Shown piece by piece: positions 31,072 to 41,263 of a stretch of DNA of 64,000 nucleotides; positions within the stretch are counted from its first letter, which is position 1, and every line of letters starts with the position of its first letter. Position numbers and translations under genes: made by a program. Location of the stretch: contig CBDANF010000003.1 of NCBI GenBank assembly GCA_965197475.1, forward strand, positions 1,792,001 to 1,856,000, given 5' to 3'. The notes under the pieces are model-generated. The model saw only the letters and a program-made list of their open reading frames with translations, was not told where the DNA came from and ran no database searches. The stretch comes from Candidatus Poribacteria bacterium. Its GTDB lineage: Bacteria; Poribacteria; WGA-4E; WGA-3G.

Positions 31072-34000
31072 TTAGAATCCCATCATTGCTCGGACAAACG
31101 TTGTATTACTGGTTGTGCTTCTGCGCCGAATGGTTATGATTCTGTGCACAATGGTTGGCAAGATAGTTGTCCTACGATAACCCGCGAGAATGACGATATT
31201 GAAACCGAGCCATTCGCCTCTGTTGATGGCTTGGATTTCAAAAATTCGAGTCCGCAAATCCGGTCGGTAGTAATTATCTGGGACATCTTCATCCAGCGGG
31301 AAATTTCCCAGATAGTTTTTGAAATTATCATCTCGGTTGGTAAACTTTCTATATTGGAACCCGCCAAGGACGTTCATCCTCGGTGTAAATTGATAATCAA
31401 GGCGAACACCGAGAACATCTTCGCGACTTCTACGATTGAATCGTAAGTATTCAACCGGTTCCTCATCTGTCGGAACAAAGTACCGCGCGTTCAACACTAA
31501 GGGAATTTCCTCAGCACTTCTGTCGAAAGCTCGATCCCAAATATATTTAACCATAGGTGTCAGCGTTAAATCCTCGCCGATTCTGTCCATGAAAGGAAGA
31601 TCCCCAAGCGGGATTTCATATTTTGCCTTGAAAATCGTCTGCTGACTGCGTATGTTCCGTTCAGGGTAACGCCGTTTCTTCCAGTTATCAGCATCATAGA
31701 TTAAACCGACATCAGCAGCTGGGTCAAGTGGGTTAAGTCCGTGGTCAGGATAAAATGGATAGTCCCGTCTTTGAGCACTCGTCCGGACCTGTTCATCAGG
31801 GACCATGAAGTCAATGCGTTCATCCGGTTCAAACAAGTCTAATGCCGAATCATACTCAATATCTAAGAAGATAGCATCATCTTCTTCCAATTCAAATTGT
31901 TTCTGCAAAACAACGAGGAATTTAGCTTCCAGTGTGAGGTTAGGTAAGGCAGTATAAAGGAACTGAAGCGTTGTGGTATTTACCCGAGCGTTGTAGAAAT
32001 CAAGTTGGTCAGTAATTTGCCTTTCTGCCAATGCGCCAACAGGTAGGACGATGGTATAATCGGGGATATCGTCTCGCACTCGGGTGAATCTGTTTTGGAA
32101 GAGAATGGTCCCAAAATCAGGGATATCACGCTGGTAGGTTACGTGTATGTATTTGGAATCATTTTTTCGACGACTTGAGACTTCGCTTTCGTTCAACCAT
32201 CCGACTTGCAGGGATAAGTTATCAAGTAGGTCGTATTCTGCTTTGATATGATATCCATCACGGTCAATACCGTATTCGTATTGCGGTTCAAAATCATCTT
32301 CCAACGAATCAATGTAACCGTTATTATTCAAGTCAATAAAATCAGTAAAGACAGGTGGATCAGCCTCAAAGATGAGAAAATCTTCTTGGTAGTCCAACGT
32401 TCCATTCTGATCTCGGTCATCAGCGCGTGGAAGTACTCCATCAAAGTCTATGTCATCAGGCCAGTCATCATCATCATCATCATCTTCAATGAGAGCATAT
32501 TTAGTTCCATCCCACGGGAATATTCTAGTTCCATCCCACGGTATTAATTCATTAGGTGGTGCTGGTGGCTCTGGAATCGGGACCTCATCCAAATTGTAAC
32601 GTTGGTCACGAATGTGGGGAGCAGCACCGAAGTTCAGATAGGTGGTCGTATAACCTGGATCAATATGGTATAAGACCCCTTCAAGGTAGAGTTTCCCAAA
32701 ACGTGATTTGAGTTGGACAAACCATGCGGTTTCTCTACCAAGCTCTCCATCACCGCTTTCATCTGTTCCATCTCCACCGAGCATCGCTTCAAAACGTTCA
32801 CCTTCTGTTTCAGAGTAGGTAGGTATACCATTTGAATCTACTGCTAATCCAGTGTCGGGGTCAATTGAAGTACCAGTGGTTACTTCTTCATCTTCACTTG
32901 TTTCAATAACCGTTTTGACACGACTAAACCCTACCTTATTTTTAGGGATAGTAGGGTACTGTTTGTATTTGCCATTAATAGAGTAGTGTACCCTCACAAA
33001 GACATTACCGACACTTCCTTCAAGATCAAGACCGTAGAGAACTGAGGCGCGCGCGGCACCGTAGCGGTAAACGACTTTCCGAGGTCTTCCTTCACCTTCC
33101 CATTTAGTAGGATTATCTACGAGGCTTTCTCGGTTTTCGGTATATTCAGGAGATTGCCCATAGTTTCCGGGTGCCTCAATAATATCACGGTAAGGTATTT
33201 GAATATGCCCATCTTCAGTTTTAATCCATTCTTGAATTTCGGGATCTGTCTCGGCTTGGTTTGCTGCACTAAATCCAATAACAGCAATATTGTAATCACC
33301 AGCGACGACCATGTCAAAAACAACAGATTTTACTGTCCGCGGGTCGATATCGTGCTGTTCAAACACGAAGTCATACTTCATCTTATTGAAACCATCAACA
33401 ATTTTCCATTCTCTATCAACATCAACGGAGTCACGGACCTGGTCAATAGAAGGGTCAACAGGTTCAATGTCATTAACAGTGACCTCAATTTTCCGTGACT
33501 GTTCAGGTTGAAGAGGGGGTTCATACCCCGCAGCTATTTCTTCCGCTGATATACCTTCATCATCAACTTCTTGTGTTACAATGTTGACTACTATGGTTTT
33601 GATAGCAGCACCGACACCTCCGCTAATATTCTCACCGTGCAGGTCCTGATCATATCCATCAAAATCGGTAATCTTCACTACATGATTGTCTTCGGGAGAG
33701 TCATCTCGAAAAACAATTGTGATACTTTCAGGTGGTGTATTTGCAACGGTTCCCATAAATGGGTTTTCCACGCGTTCTGGGTGTTCTTTGTGCAGATTCA
33801 CATAAGTAAATCCGACACGGAAAATATCGCCCAATAACCCTTGTCCTCGAAAACCAACGAGTCGTGCGTTTTCAATGTGCCGAACTCCGGCGGACGGCCT
33901 AAATTCATTTCGACGTCCGACAACCCCCGCGAGGCTCGGTTGATTGTCTGATAATAGGACAGGGTTAGAAATGCGTGAGTTGAGGAGGGTAAAGAGATGC

Positions 34001-34482
34001 CGTTCTTGTGCAAAAGAGAGATCCCACCGAAATCCATCAAACTCAGTTTTATAGATAATATACCGGTTCGGGAACAAGGTAGAAGGTTTGATGCGTAGGT
34101 GATCGCCAATTGCAAACTCGGTATATCTACCTCGGTAGGCATCTTCAGTCAAGATGGTATGGTCCAATTGGAGCGCGTAACGAACAGCGTCTAATTGACC
34201 TGTCCACCCGACAATCAATTCACCATTCTGATTGAATCTCTTACGCTCGCGATAGTTGTGGACCTCACTACCTTCCAAAAGCTCTTTACCAAAGAGATCA
34301 TAGAAAAACTGTGGTTCTTCTTCTAATTGGAATCGATCTGAGAATTTTGCGTCTCCATCAATAGTAGGTAAAAGAGGTTCTTGCGGTCCTAGGCTTTGTG
34401 CACCGCAACCGTAAAGCACAAACCCACTTACGATGCAAGTCGCTACAAGCAAAACATTAATCGTTCGTTTTAACTTGTTCAT
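31072..34482 (-). CDS. Large acidic lipoprotein, probable outer-membrane beta-barrel with Ca-binding loops
   Basis: ATG 34482 with AGGAGG; lipobox VLYGC; DxDxNG motifs; alternating beta strands; C-terminal Phe. Confidence 0.7.
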   Translation of the reverse strand: MNKLKRTINVLLVATCIVSGFVLYGCGAQSLGPQEPLLPTIDGDAKFSDRFQLEEEPQFFYDLFGKELLEGSEVHNYRERKRFNQNGELIVGWTGQLDAVRYALQLDHTILTEDAYRGRYTEFAIGDHLRIKPSTLFPNRYIIYKTEFDGFRWDLSFAQERHLFTLLNSRISNPVLLSDNQPSLAGVVGRRNEFRPSAGVRHIENARLVGFRGQGLLGDIFRVGFTYVNLHKEHPERVENPFMGTVANTPPESITIVFRDDSPEDNHVVKITDFDGYDQDLHGENISGGVGAAIKTIVVNIVTQEVDDEGISAEEIAAGYEPPLQPEQSRKIEVTVNDIEPVDPSIDQVRDSVDVDREWKIVDGFNKMKYDFVFEQHDIDPRTVKSVVFDMVVAGDYNIAVIGFSAANQAETDPEIQEWIKTEDGHIQIPYRDIIEAPGNYGQSPEYTENRESLVDNPTKWEGEGRPRKVVYRYGAARASVLYGLDLEGSVGNVFVRVHYSINGKYKQYPTIPKNKVGFSRVKTVIETSEDEEVTTGTSIDPDTGLAVDSNGIPTYSETEGERFEAMLGGDGTDESGDGELGRETAWFVQLKSRFGKLYLEGVLYHIDPGYTTTYLNFGAAPHIRDQRYNLDEVPIPEPPAPPNELIPWDGTRIFPWDGTKYALIEDDDDDDDWPDDIDFDGVLPRADDRDQNGTLDYQEDFLIFEADPPVFTDFIDLNNNGYIDSLEDDFEPQYEYGIDRDGYHIKAEYDLLDNLSLQVGWLNESEVSSRRKNDSKYIHVTYQRDIPDFGTILFQNRFTRVRDDIPDYTIVLPVGALAERQITDQLDFYNARVNTTTLQFLYTALPNLTLEAKFLVVLQKQFELEEDDAIFLDIEYDSALDLFEPDERIDFMVPDEQVRTSAQRRDYPFYPDHGLNPLDPAADVGLIYDADNWKKRRYPERNIRSQQTIFKAKYEIPLGDLPFMDRIGEDLTLTPMVKYIWDRAFDRSAEEIPLVLNARYFVPTDEEPVEYLRFNRRSREDVLGVRLDYQFTPRMNVLGGFQYRKFTNRDDNFKNYLGNFPLDEDVPDNYYRPDLRTRIFEIQAINRGEWLGFNIVILAGYRRTTILPTIVHRIITIRRRSTTSNTTFVRAMMGF

Positions 34483-34802
34483 TAGTTTTGTATTCCTCCT
34501 TAGGAAATAATTGGTTCGGATATCAGACACACTCACCATAGTAGGTAATTTTCCTGCAGGCTCGGATGTCCGACCTCTGAAATGCCTTAAAATGGATAGA
34601 ATCTATAACGTATGTAAACCAAAAGAGCAGATATCCGTTTTTATTTTGTAAAGACAACTCGTGGGAGTTAGTTGAAACTTTTTGGTTGGTTATACATCCT
34701 GCCACTAAATTTTGAGAACGTAGGTTGGCAGGATTTAGATGCCCTCCATAAATTTAAGGTTGTTTTGGGAGAATTCCCCACAAAACGGTTATTAACTGCT
34801 TT

Positions 34803-34831
34803 AGAATAACATAGATGTGATTTTTTGTCAA
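34803..34831 (-). promoter_or_regulatory. Sigma70-type promoter about 320 nt upstream of the large lipoprotein gene
   Basis: TTGACA-17 bp-TATTCT with TG extension. Confidence 0.55.
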
Positions 34832-35130
34832 GTTTGACGAAAAAGAAAAAGATTGAGTTGTAAAGCAGAGTTTGGGTTAGAATCATATCATAATTGTCAT
34901 AGTTTTTCAAGAAAAAATTTATATGATTAGATAAAAAATTTAATGTAAGTCAGGGCCTACGCAAATCTAATATGCGTGCCGAATTGAACATGTATTGTAA
35001 ATCCAAATCAACGCCAAGAGCATATAGCACAAGGCGGCTTACAAAGCCCTCTCACGATTTGTGAGATAGACTATACGACGACAAATGCTGCAACTTCTGA
35101 AACAAGTTGTCTGCAAAAGTCTCATAAGTT

Positions 35131-36540
35131 TTAAAAACTTTCCGAGGCGGTTTTAAAAAATTCGGTTAACAAGGCAATAGTTACGCCTAAACACAACCCG
35201 ACAACCCCCGCAAGGATAACTATTAATTTAAATTGGGGACTGACCGGAACCTTTCTCGGCACACCAATATCAACGATTTCAATGCCACCCTTCTGTGCGG
35301 CAGTAACGTTGGTTTCGGTGCTCAAAATTTCGGATTCAAGATAGCGTTTTGCAATTTCTTCTTTGAGGGTAGCAGCTAGCTCAATTTTAGTGCGCAACTG
35401 TGTAAAGGTATGTTGATTTTCTGGAATTCGGTTTAGTAATGATTGCAATTGTCGCTTGGTTTCTCGCAATTCTTGTTCCAGTTGATTCGTCTCGTTTTGA
35501 TAACTTTCGATGGTTGGCGGCAACTCAATTAATTGATTTTGTATGTATATATAGTTGGCAGAAGTACCGTATGTGGTGGCAGTTGCCATTTGCGGTGTAG
35601 TTTCAGACTGCTTTTGAATTTCCTCAATTTGTGCGTCAAGTCCGCGGATATCATGGGAACTTTCTCCAGCTTTTTCCGCATCACCGATGCGCTGAGATTC
35701 CAAGTCAAGTAATTTCTCTTGCTGATATAGATAGAGTGGATTGTGGTTCCGAGTTTCCGAAATTTGTGACTGTTGTGGAAGGTCGTTGTAGCGGTTTTCA
35801 AAATGGTTAAGACGAAGACGTGCAGCATGAAGTGCTTGTTCGGAGATCCCAAGTCGTTCCTGCAAGTTTCGATGTTGTTCCAATAAACTTGCTAACTGAG
35901 GATACCATGTCTCTGGACTTCCATTCTCGCGAACAAATTTAAGGGTCTCGTCTATGAGTTGTTGAATTTCCTTATCTATATCTTCCCGTTTTCGTTGAAG
36001 GGACCATTGATGTTTTGCCAATCTTGTTTTTTCATCTTCACTTCGTAGCGTTTGCATGTCTCGCGCCAGTTGGTTAACCAAAAGTGCTGCATTCCGTTCA
36101 CCACCTGAGGCTTCGTTTAATTCAATTGACAATTCAATATAATCCGCCTCTGGGTGAATTTGCGCTTTTAGGTCCCGTTTGAGATTGCCAATACTCGGAA
36201 GGTGCTGCACCCCTCCCAGTTGATTTTCTTCAAGGTTTTCAACTGCAGCGTTCAGCATAGATTCTGTAGAAAACCTTTTACTAATTGTCGCCATTTCCCT
36301 GCGATCAACTCCACCTGAAAAGACTGTTTGGAACAAATTATTGGAAGAGACAGGAGAGACAGAGTTAGATTGTATGAGTCGTATCAACGTGGAAGCCGAA
36401 TAGGTTTTAGGTATACGCAGTGAAATAACAAGCGCAGTACCTAAAACCAATAGAGTACTCAAGCAGATAACAAAGTCGTACTTCCGAATGAATTGCAGAT
36501 AGTCTTGCAAAATTTCCTCTTTTTGAGGCATGAATGTCAA
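35131..36540 (-). CDS. Wzz/GumC-like polysaccharide co-polymerase (no kinase domain)
   Basis: N-terminal TM + PKTYSAST, coiled coil, PxxPVSP + C-terminal TM. Confidence 0.8.
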   Translation of the reverse strand: MTFMPQKEEILQDYLQFIRKYDFVICLSTLLVLGTALVISLRIPKTYSASTLIRLIQSNSVSPVSSNNLFQTVFSGGVDRREMATISKRFSTESMLNAAVENLEENQLGGVQHLPSIGNLKRDLKAQIHPEADYIELSIELNEASGGERNAALLVNQLARDMQTLRSEDEKTRLAKHQWSLQRKREDIDKEIQQLIDETLKFVRENGSPETWYPQLASLLEQHRNLQERLGISEQALHAARLRLNHFENRYNDLPQQSQISETRNHNPLYLYQQEKLLDLESQRIGDAEKAGESSHDIRGLDAQIEEIQKQSETTPQMATATTYGTSANYIYIQNQLIELPPTIESYQNETNQLEQELRETKRQLQSLLNRIPENQHTFTQLRTKIELAATLKEEIAKRYLESEILSTETNVTAAQKGGIEIVDIGVPRKVPVSPQFKLIVILAGVVGLCLGVTIALLTEFFKTASESF

Positions 36541-36595
36541 TTTTCCCCGAAAAGTTGGGTGAAAACCCTGCTCCTTTCACTTGAACTGTGTTCAA

Positions 36596-37156
36596 CTATA
36601 GATTGTTAGCGATACGAATTTCTTCATTGTTGAATGCTTCGTCATGCCATTCGGTGATACGCCATTCGCCATCTCTTTTTTCGAAAATGAACAAGTTATC
36701 ACCTTCCGCGAACCACCCTGTGAATCCCCCTTCAAGAGATTCACCATCAGCAACAAAACCTTGAATTCGGTAATGATTTCGCACTTCGGCTTCATTACCA
36801 TCTTCAGTTATAGCTATTTCTGGTGGAATGGAGAGTTCTATCTCAATATCTTGAAACCGACTAAAAACGCGGGTGGCAGAGTCACGTTCATCCCGGATAT
36901 CATCAAACTCCAAGTCATCGGTTTTATCACCATCAGTTCCCATGTCTGAAACGTAACGGAATCCTTGAGACCAATATGCACTCATATAGGTATCAACATC
37001 TTCAGTTTCATAACCTTCTCGCCATCGTTTCAAAACCCCGTTAATTGCCAAAAAGTCCTCAGGCGGCACCTGATTCACCTTATCAACGTCGCCGCAACCT
37101 ATAAAACATGCTACTAAAACAAGCACGCTACTTATCTTTACTACTTCCTTTAACAT
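36596..37156 (-). CDS. NTF2/SnoaL-like lipoprotein
   Basis: Lipobox FIGC; WREGYETEDVDTYMSAY; FEKRDGEWRI. Confidence 0.7.
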   Translation of the reverse strand: MLKEVVKISSVLVLVACFIGCGDVDKVNQVPPEDFLAINGVLKRWREGYETEDVDTYMSAYWSQGFRYVSDMGTDGDKTDDLEFDDIRDERDSATRVFSRFQDIEIELSIPPEIAITEDGNEAEVRNHYRIQGFVADGESLEGGFTGWFAEGDNLFIFEKRDGEWRITEWHDEAFNNEEIRIANNL

Positions 37157-37174
37157 AATAATTTTATCTCCAAA

Positions 37175-37726
37175 TTAAAATGTTTTGACGACTCCTAAAT
37201 AGAGTCTTGATGGAGTGATCCCAACTTGGAACCCCAATTTTTCAATGTTCTGCGCATCCTCTTGAATTGAACGAATTTGTGAGGTAGCGTTGTAAAAGTT
37301 CGCACTGACATAGGAATCAATAATGCTATAAGCCCAAATCCCAATCCCTGTGTAGATAAAAAACATCTTGAGTTTATATTTCTGATTTGCCTTGTCGTAA
37401 CTTGCCAACACCGTATCAGAATCATCTGGATCATAACTTGCAGTCAGAACGTAGTTGTTATATTGTGTTGCAAAGGATTGATGGGCAAGAAATGCGCCAA
37501 CAGCTGAACTACCGATACCGAGTAGGACAAGACCTCCACGAAAGTAGTTACGGCTATGAAATTGTCCCCATCCAGGAAAAACAGTTGAACGCGCCATAGT
37601 ACCTATAGGTGAAATTAGTCTTACCGATTTCTCAGGTTCCGGAGGAATGATCCTGTTCCCTATATCTTCAGCAAAACAAAATTCTAAACTCAATAGTAGA
37701 ATCAAAAATGTCAATAAAAAACGCAT
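37175..37726 (-). CDS. DUF5683-like membrane protein
   Basis: RSTVFPGWGQF...WAYSIIDSY. Confidence 0.7.
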   Translation of the reverse strand: MRFLLTFLILLLSLEFCFAEDIGNRIIPPEPEKSVRLISPIGTMARSTVFPGWGQFHSRNYFRGGLVLLGIGSSAVGAFLAHQSFATQYNNYVLTASYDPDDSDTVLASYDKANQKYKLKMFFIYTGIGIWAYSIIDSYVSANFYNATSQIRSIQEDAQNIEKLGFQVGITPSRLYLGVVKTF

Positions 37727-37837
37727 AAATTTAATCTAATTGTCCTGAAACTACGCGAAAAGTAATCGCGAAGTCTAAATGTGATGTCAAAAATGCCAGT
37801 CCCAATTTTGACATCAACAATAATGTTTATATTATTG

Positions 37838-37878
37838 TTGATGATGCCTCGCGCAAAAATTGCGCGAGGCATCGTCAA
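37838..37878. terminator. Strong hairpin downstream of the 37910-39484 gene
   Basis: ttgatgatgcctcgcgcaa/ttgcgcgaggcatcgtcaa (18/19). Confidence 0.6.
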
Positions 37879-37909
37879 TGTAAGAAAAGCCACTAATGCT
37901 AACTATGTT

Positions 37910-39484
37910 TTATCTTCTTCGTTTTATCCGTTCTGTTGTTCGACTACGACTATTGTTGTCATCATCATCGTCATCGTCACTATTGGAATTAGAACTTGAA
38001 CGGCTTGATGAACGATCAGTCGTTGTTGAACGAGTACGAGAACTGGAAGATGGAGTCCGGCTAACCCTTTCTGGTGGGGTTCGCGACGATGTGGAACTTG
38101 GCGGCGTAACAGACGCGCTTCGCTGTTTTGTTCGCTCACTGCTACTGCGCAGGCGTGAATTAGACGAAGAACTGGTACGGCTTGAAGAAGATACCGACCT
38201 TCTATAAAGATCAGAAGATCTATTCGTAATTGAAGTGCGACTCCTAGCAGTATTTACATTTGAACGTGAATTAGGGAGAAGTCTCCGCTGTCTTTCCGTT
38301 GTCTGGGTCGAAGAACGAGTACGACTACTATAAGTTCGAACTGCATCGTTTTGTTGGAGTGTCGGTCTGGAAGCAGCTGTTCGTTGTTTCTGAGAAATTA
38401 TCGCAGACCGAGCAATACGTTCTGTTGACGGAGGTGCTTGTCTACGGTGATTTTCAATAACAACACAGACATCATTTCGGATTTGGGTCCGATCCAAAGT
38501 CCGAGTAGATGTTGCTAACCGGCTCCGAGAATACTGTTTGCGCGTTGTTTCGTGTTGCGCACTCCACCTATTTAACTGTGTCCGCTTACTGTATACTGGA
38601 GTAGACCTACCGTATCTACCATAGTAAGGTGAGTGGTAATACGAGTAACGTGCCGGGTGATAGGTGCGGTAACGACCTAAGTAACCACCATAATAGGTGC
38701 GAATTGAGAGGTAGCGATGATCGTAAACCGGATAACTCCAACACAGATAGGAATCGTATCCAGATGTGTAAAAAACGGGTCCGTCGTAAAAGTAGAGATA
38801 GGTGTATCGATTCCAAGGACGCCAACGATAGGAAGGCGTATAGTGCTGAATTATGCGTACTTTTGGAGCACGACGATAGGTTGAAACTTCAATATACTCA
38901 ACATCAAGTTGCTCGCCACCTTCAGCAACGACATGAAGTTCCATCCATCCATTCTCAACATGTCCCGCAACGGGAATTTTTATCGTTTCAGAACGATTTT
39001 TTGCGCGAAGTACAAAGGTATCACCATAACGGGTTTCAGCGGCATTTTGGTCGTGGTAGCCACGCCGTGTTGCTTCCCGTTTGATATTACGAACCCAGAC
39101 GCGTCCAGCAATCGGTTCATAGGAGTCGTTTATCTCAAACTTGTTCGGTTCACCCTTATAGCGAATTAATATTTCAATAGATTGTGCGTTACGTGGAATT
39201 TCAAACAGATATACGCCGCTTGCAATAGCAAATTCGTAGTTGTCTGCATCCTGATGATTGTTTGCCCATGCGGTAAGCCGCATACCTTCTTCAAAGATAG
39301 GACTTGCAGTTATTGTGGCGTTGCCGCGTTCTATCCATTCATCTACGTCATTCGCGACTCGGTGTTCACGACTCAGTCGGTCCGCGTAATAATCGTAATC
39401 GGCGTAACTCACTGATGCTAACGTCCCGATTAGCAAGCAGCTGAGGAGTCCTGCGATTGATAAAGTGAAAATTCGTTTCAGCAT
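37910..39484 (-). CDS. Secreted hypothetical protein with Tyr-rich middle and Ser/Arg-rich disordered tail
   Basis: Signal peptide; AGGAGG RBS; compositional bias. Confidence 0.75.
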   Translation of the reverse strand: MLKRIFTLSIAGLLSCLLIGTLASVSYADYDYYADRLSREHRVANDVDEWIERGNATITASPIFEEGMRLTAWANNHQDADNYEFAIASGVYLFEIPRNAQSIEILIRYKGEPNKFEINDSYEPIAGRVWVRNIKREATRRGYHDQNAAETRYGDTFVLRAKNRSETIKIPVAGHVENGWMELHVVAEGGEQLDVEYIEVSTYRRAPKVRIIQHYTPSYRWRPWNRYTYLYFYDGPVFYTSGYDSYLCWSYPVYDHRYLSIRTYYGGYLGRYRTYHPARYSYYHSPYYGRYGRSTPVYSKRTQLNRWSAQHETTRKQYSRSRLATSTRTLDRTQIRNDVCVVIENHRRQAPPSTERIARSAIISQKQRTAASRPTLQQNDAVRTYSSRTRSSTQTTERQRRLLPNSRSNVNTARSRTSITNRSSDLYRRSVSSSSRTSSSSNSRLRSSSERTKQRSASVTPPSSTSSRTPPERVSRTPSSSSRTRSTTTDRSSSRSSSNSNSDDDDDDDNNSRSRTTERIKRRR

Positions 39485-39685
39485 GAGATCCTCCTAAGTG
39501 ATAATCTTATACCAACAAGGTTAACTGTTTGTTGACAAGATTTAGGTATAATTCAATATTCTTTTCTTCTGTTCGTATCTCAGTAAATTCTGTAAAACTT
39601 AGTCTCCGTTTTTCGTTCTTTCTGTCTCAAGCATAAAATGGACTTTATAGAATTAAAAATGATAAAATCGTATTCTGTTAAAAAC

Positions 39686-39714
39686 ATTATACAATTTCTT
39701 ATCACAATTGTCAA
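39686..39714 (-). promoter_or_regulatory. Sigma70-type promoter
   Basis: TTGACA-17 bp-TATAAT on the minus strand. Confidence 0.75.
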
Positions 39715-39758
39715 GAAATATTTCAATTGGACAGTAATTCTGAAAACCGGACTTAATA

Positions 39759-40499
39759 TTACGACTTAGGTGTAAGCGTAATACCCCGTTTTCGCGCTTG
39801 CTCACACGCAAGAGGAGTTACAATAGCATTTTTAGCATAAACTAACTCTTGGACATTAGATGCCAGATCCGCGATAACAGTTGCGCTGATGACAGGAGTT
39901 TCTACACTTACTCGATTTGGTTTATCACCTTCACGAATTGTTGCCGCAATCTGATCAACCGTTACCCATTGAACGCCAAATTCGGTTAGTGCGTTTACAT
40001 GTGCAGGTTCTATTTGGTCCATCGTGAGTGATTTTTTATCTATATACTTCCTCGTGTTTGAAATATCTGATGCGGCTATAACCCGTTTTCCGCAACAAAG
40101 CGCGTGAAAAACCAAGTAGGTACAAGGGGTATCAACTAACTTCAAAGCAAGTTTTCCCGCCATTGGATAGGAAAGTGCGGGTAAAAGAATCTGCGAATAA
40201 GCATCAATAAAAGATGGTATGTCGGTCAGATCATTTTCCTGAAGTATGTTTTGTTCACCAAACGTAGCATAAATCGATTCAAGGTTTACCGCTTTAGTTG
40301 CAAGTTCGGATAAAATAATTGTAATTTTCCACCCTTCTTGCCTGCACGTTTGGAATTGCTGAAGCACTTGCTCTAATGGAAGTTGCGTAGCTCCAAGTAT
40401 TGCAAGCAGTTGTTTTTCGGATTGTTGGGTGCTACGGACATGCTCTTGAAGCACTCTCTCAACAATTTTTTCGATTTGGGCAATCTGTTCTGGTGTCAT
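39759..40499 (-). CDS. BMC-associated flavoprotein-like protein with N-terminal encapsulation-peptide-like helix
   Basis: MTPEQIAQIEKIVERVLQE; KLALKLVDT; IVTPLA motif; overlaps pduL. Confidence 0.65.
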   Translation of the reverse strand: MTPEQIAQIEKIVERVLQEHVRSTQQSEKQLLAILGATQLPLEQVLQQFQTCRQEGWKITIILSELATKAVNLESIYATFGEQNILQENDLTDIPSFIDAYSQILLPALSYPMAGKLALKLVDTPCTYLVFHALCCGKRVIAASDISNTRKYIDKKSLTMDQIEPAHVNALTEFGVQWVTVDQIAATIREGDKPNRVSVETPVISATVIADLASNVQELVYAKNAIVTPLACEQARKRGITLTPKS

Positions 40500-41209
40500 G
40501 TTTCATCGCGTAGCAGTTCAACAGCTTCGCCACCTTTTAAACCAGCGGCATTGGAATCGTCAGTATCCAAGTGCATCTGAAGCACATAAGATTCATGAAT
40601 TTTCGGACGAATGTTCTCAAACGTTAAAGCACGTTCACCCGATATGCGGACCTTTAAAAGGTCTGTTTCCCTAATATCAAATGCTTCAGCTTGTTCAGGT
40701 TTCATGTGGATGTGTCGTGCCGCACAGATCACCCCCTCTTTTAAATAGACACTTCCTGCAGGACCGACAAGGGTTATCGCTTCAGCTCCAGCGAGATCCC
40801 CGGAATCCCGAATGGGCGGATTCAAACCGAGGCGAATTGCCTCTGTCTGTGCCACTTCTACCTGGGAGTAATCCCGCACAGGCCCGAGGATACGCACATG
40901 TTCAATGGCACGCATCCGCTTTCCGACGACAGTGACTGTTTCATTCGCAGCAAACGCTTCAGGCTGATAAAGCGGCGCATAGACGGTAAGCTGATGTCCA
41001 GGACCGTATAGGATTTCAAGGTCTTCCTGGGTTACGTGTGCATGCCGAGCAGAAACCCCAACAGGAATTTTTTGCTGCGCTATAGCAACATCACACGCAC
41101 GGTTGCCTGCATCGCAACTCCGCAAGGCGCACCCACTGCAAGGTTGATCATTGGACAATCGACTTACCACACGGCGGGTAATTAACTCAACTAAGTCTTG
41201 GTCATGCAT
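40496..41209 (-). CDS. pduL: Phosphate propanoyltransferase PduL
   Basis: GVSARHAH, ARHIHM, MHLDTDDSNA. Confidence 0.92.
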   Translation of the reverse strand: MHDQDLVELITRRVVSRLSNDQPCSGCALRSCDAGNRACDVAIAQQKIPVGVSARHAHVTQEDLEILYGPGHQLTVYAPLYQPEAFAANETVTVVGKRMRAIEHVRILGPVRDYSQVEVAQTEAIRLGLNPPIRDSGDLAGAEAITLVGPAGSVYLKEGVICAARHIHMKPEQAEAFDIRETDLLKVRISGERALTFENIRPKIHESYVLQMHLDTDDSNAAGLKGGEAVELLRDET

Positions 41210-41263
41210 CTCAATTTGTTTTTCTATTTGAATTCAAACGTTTTTAGAGGATTGTTCATGAAA

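Noticed and set aside
32502-32541. 24-bp period duplication (PWDGTRIF/PWDGTKY)
   Set aside because: Small in-frame slippage duplication in a loop; no further structure.
34483-34800. Cobalamin or TPP riboswitch in the long leader
   Set aside because: Hairpins are present, but no B12-box or TPP consensus is visible.
39532-39552. TTGACA...TATAAT on the plus strand
   Set aside because: Spacer is only 9 bp.
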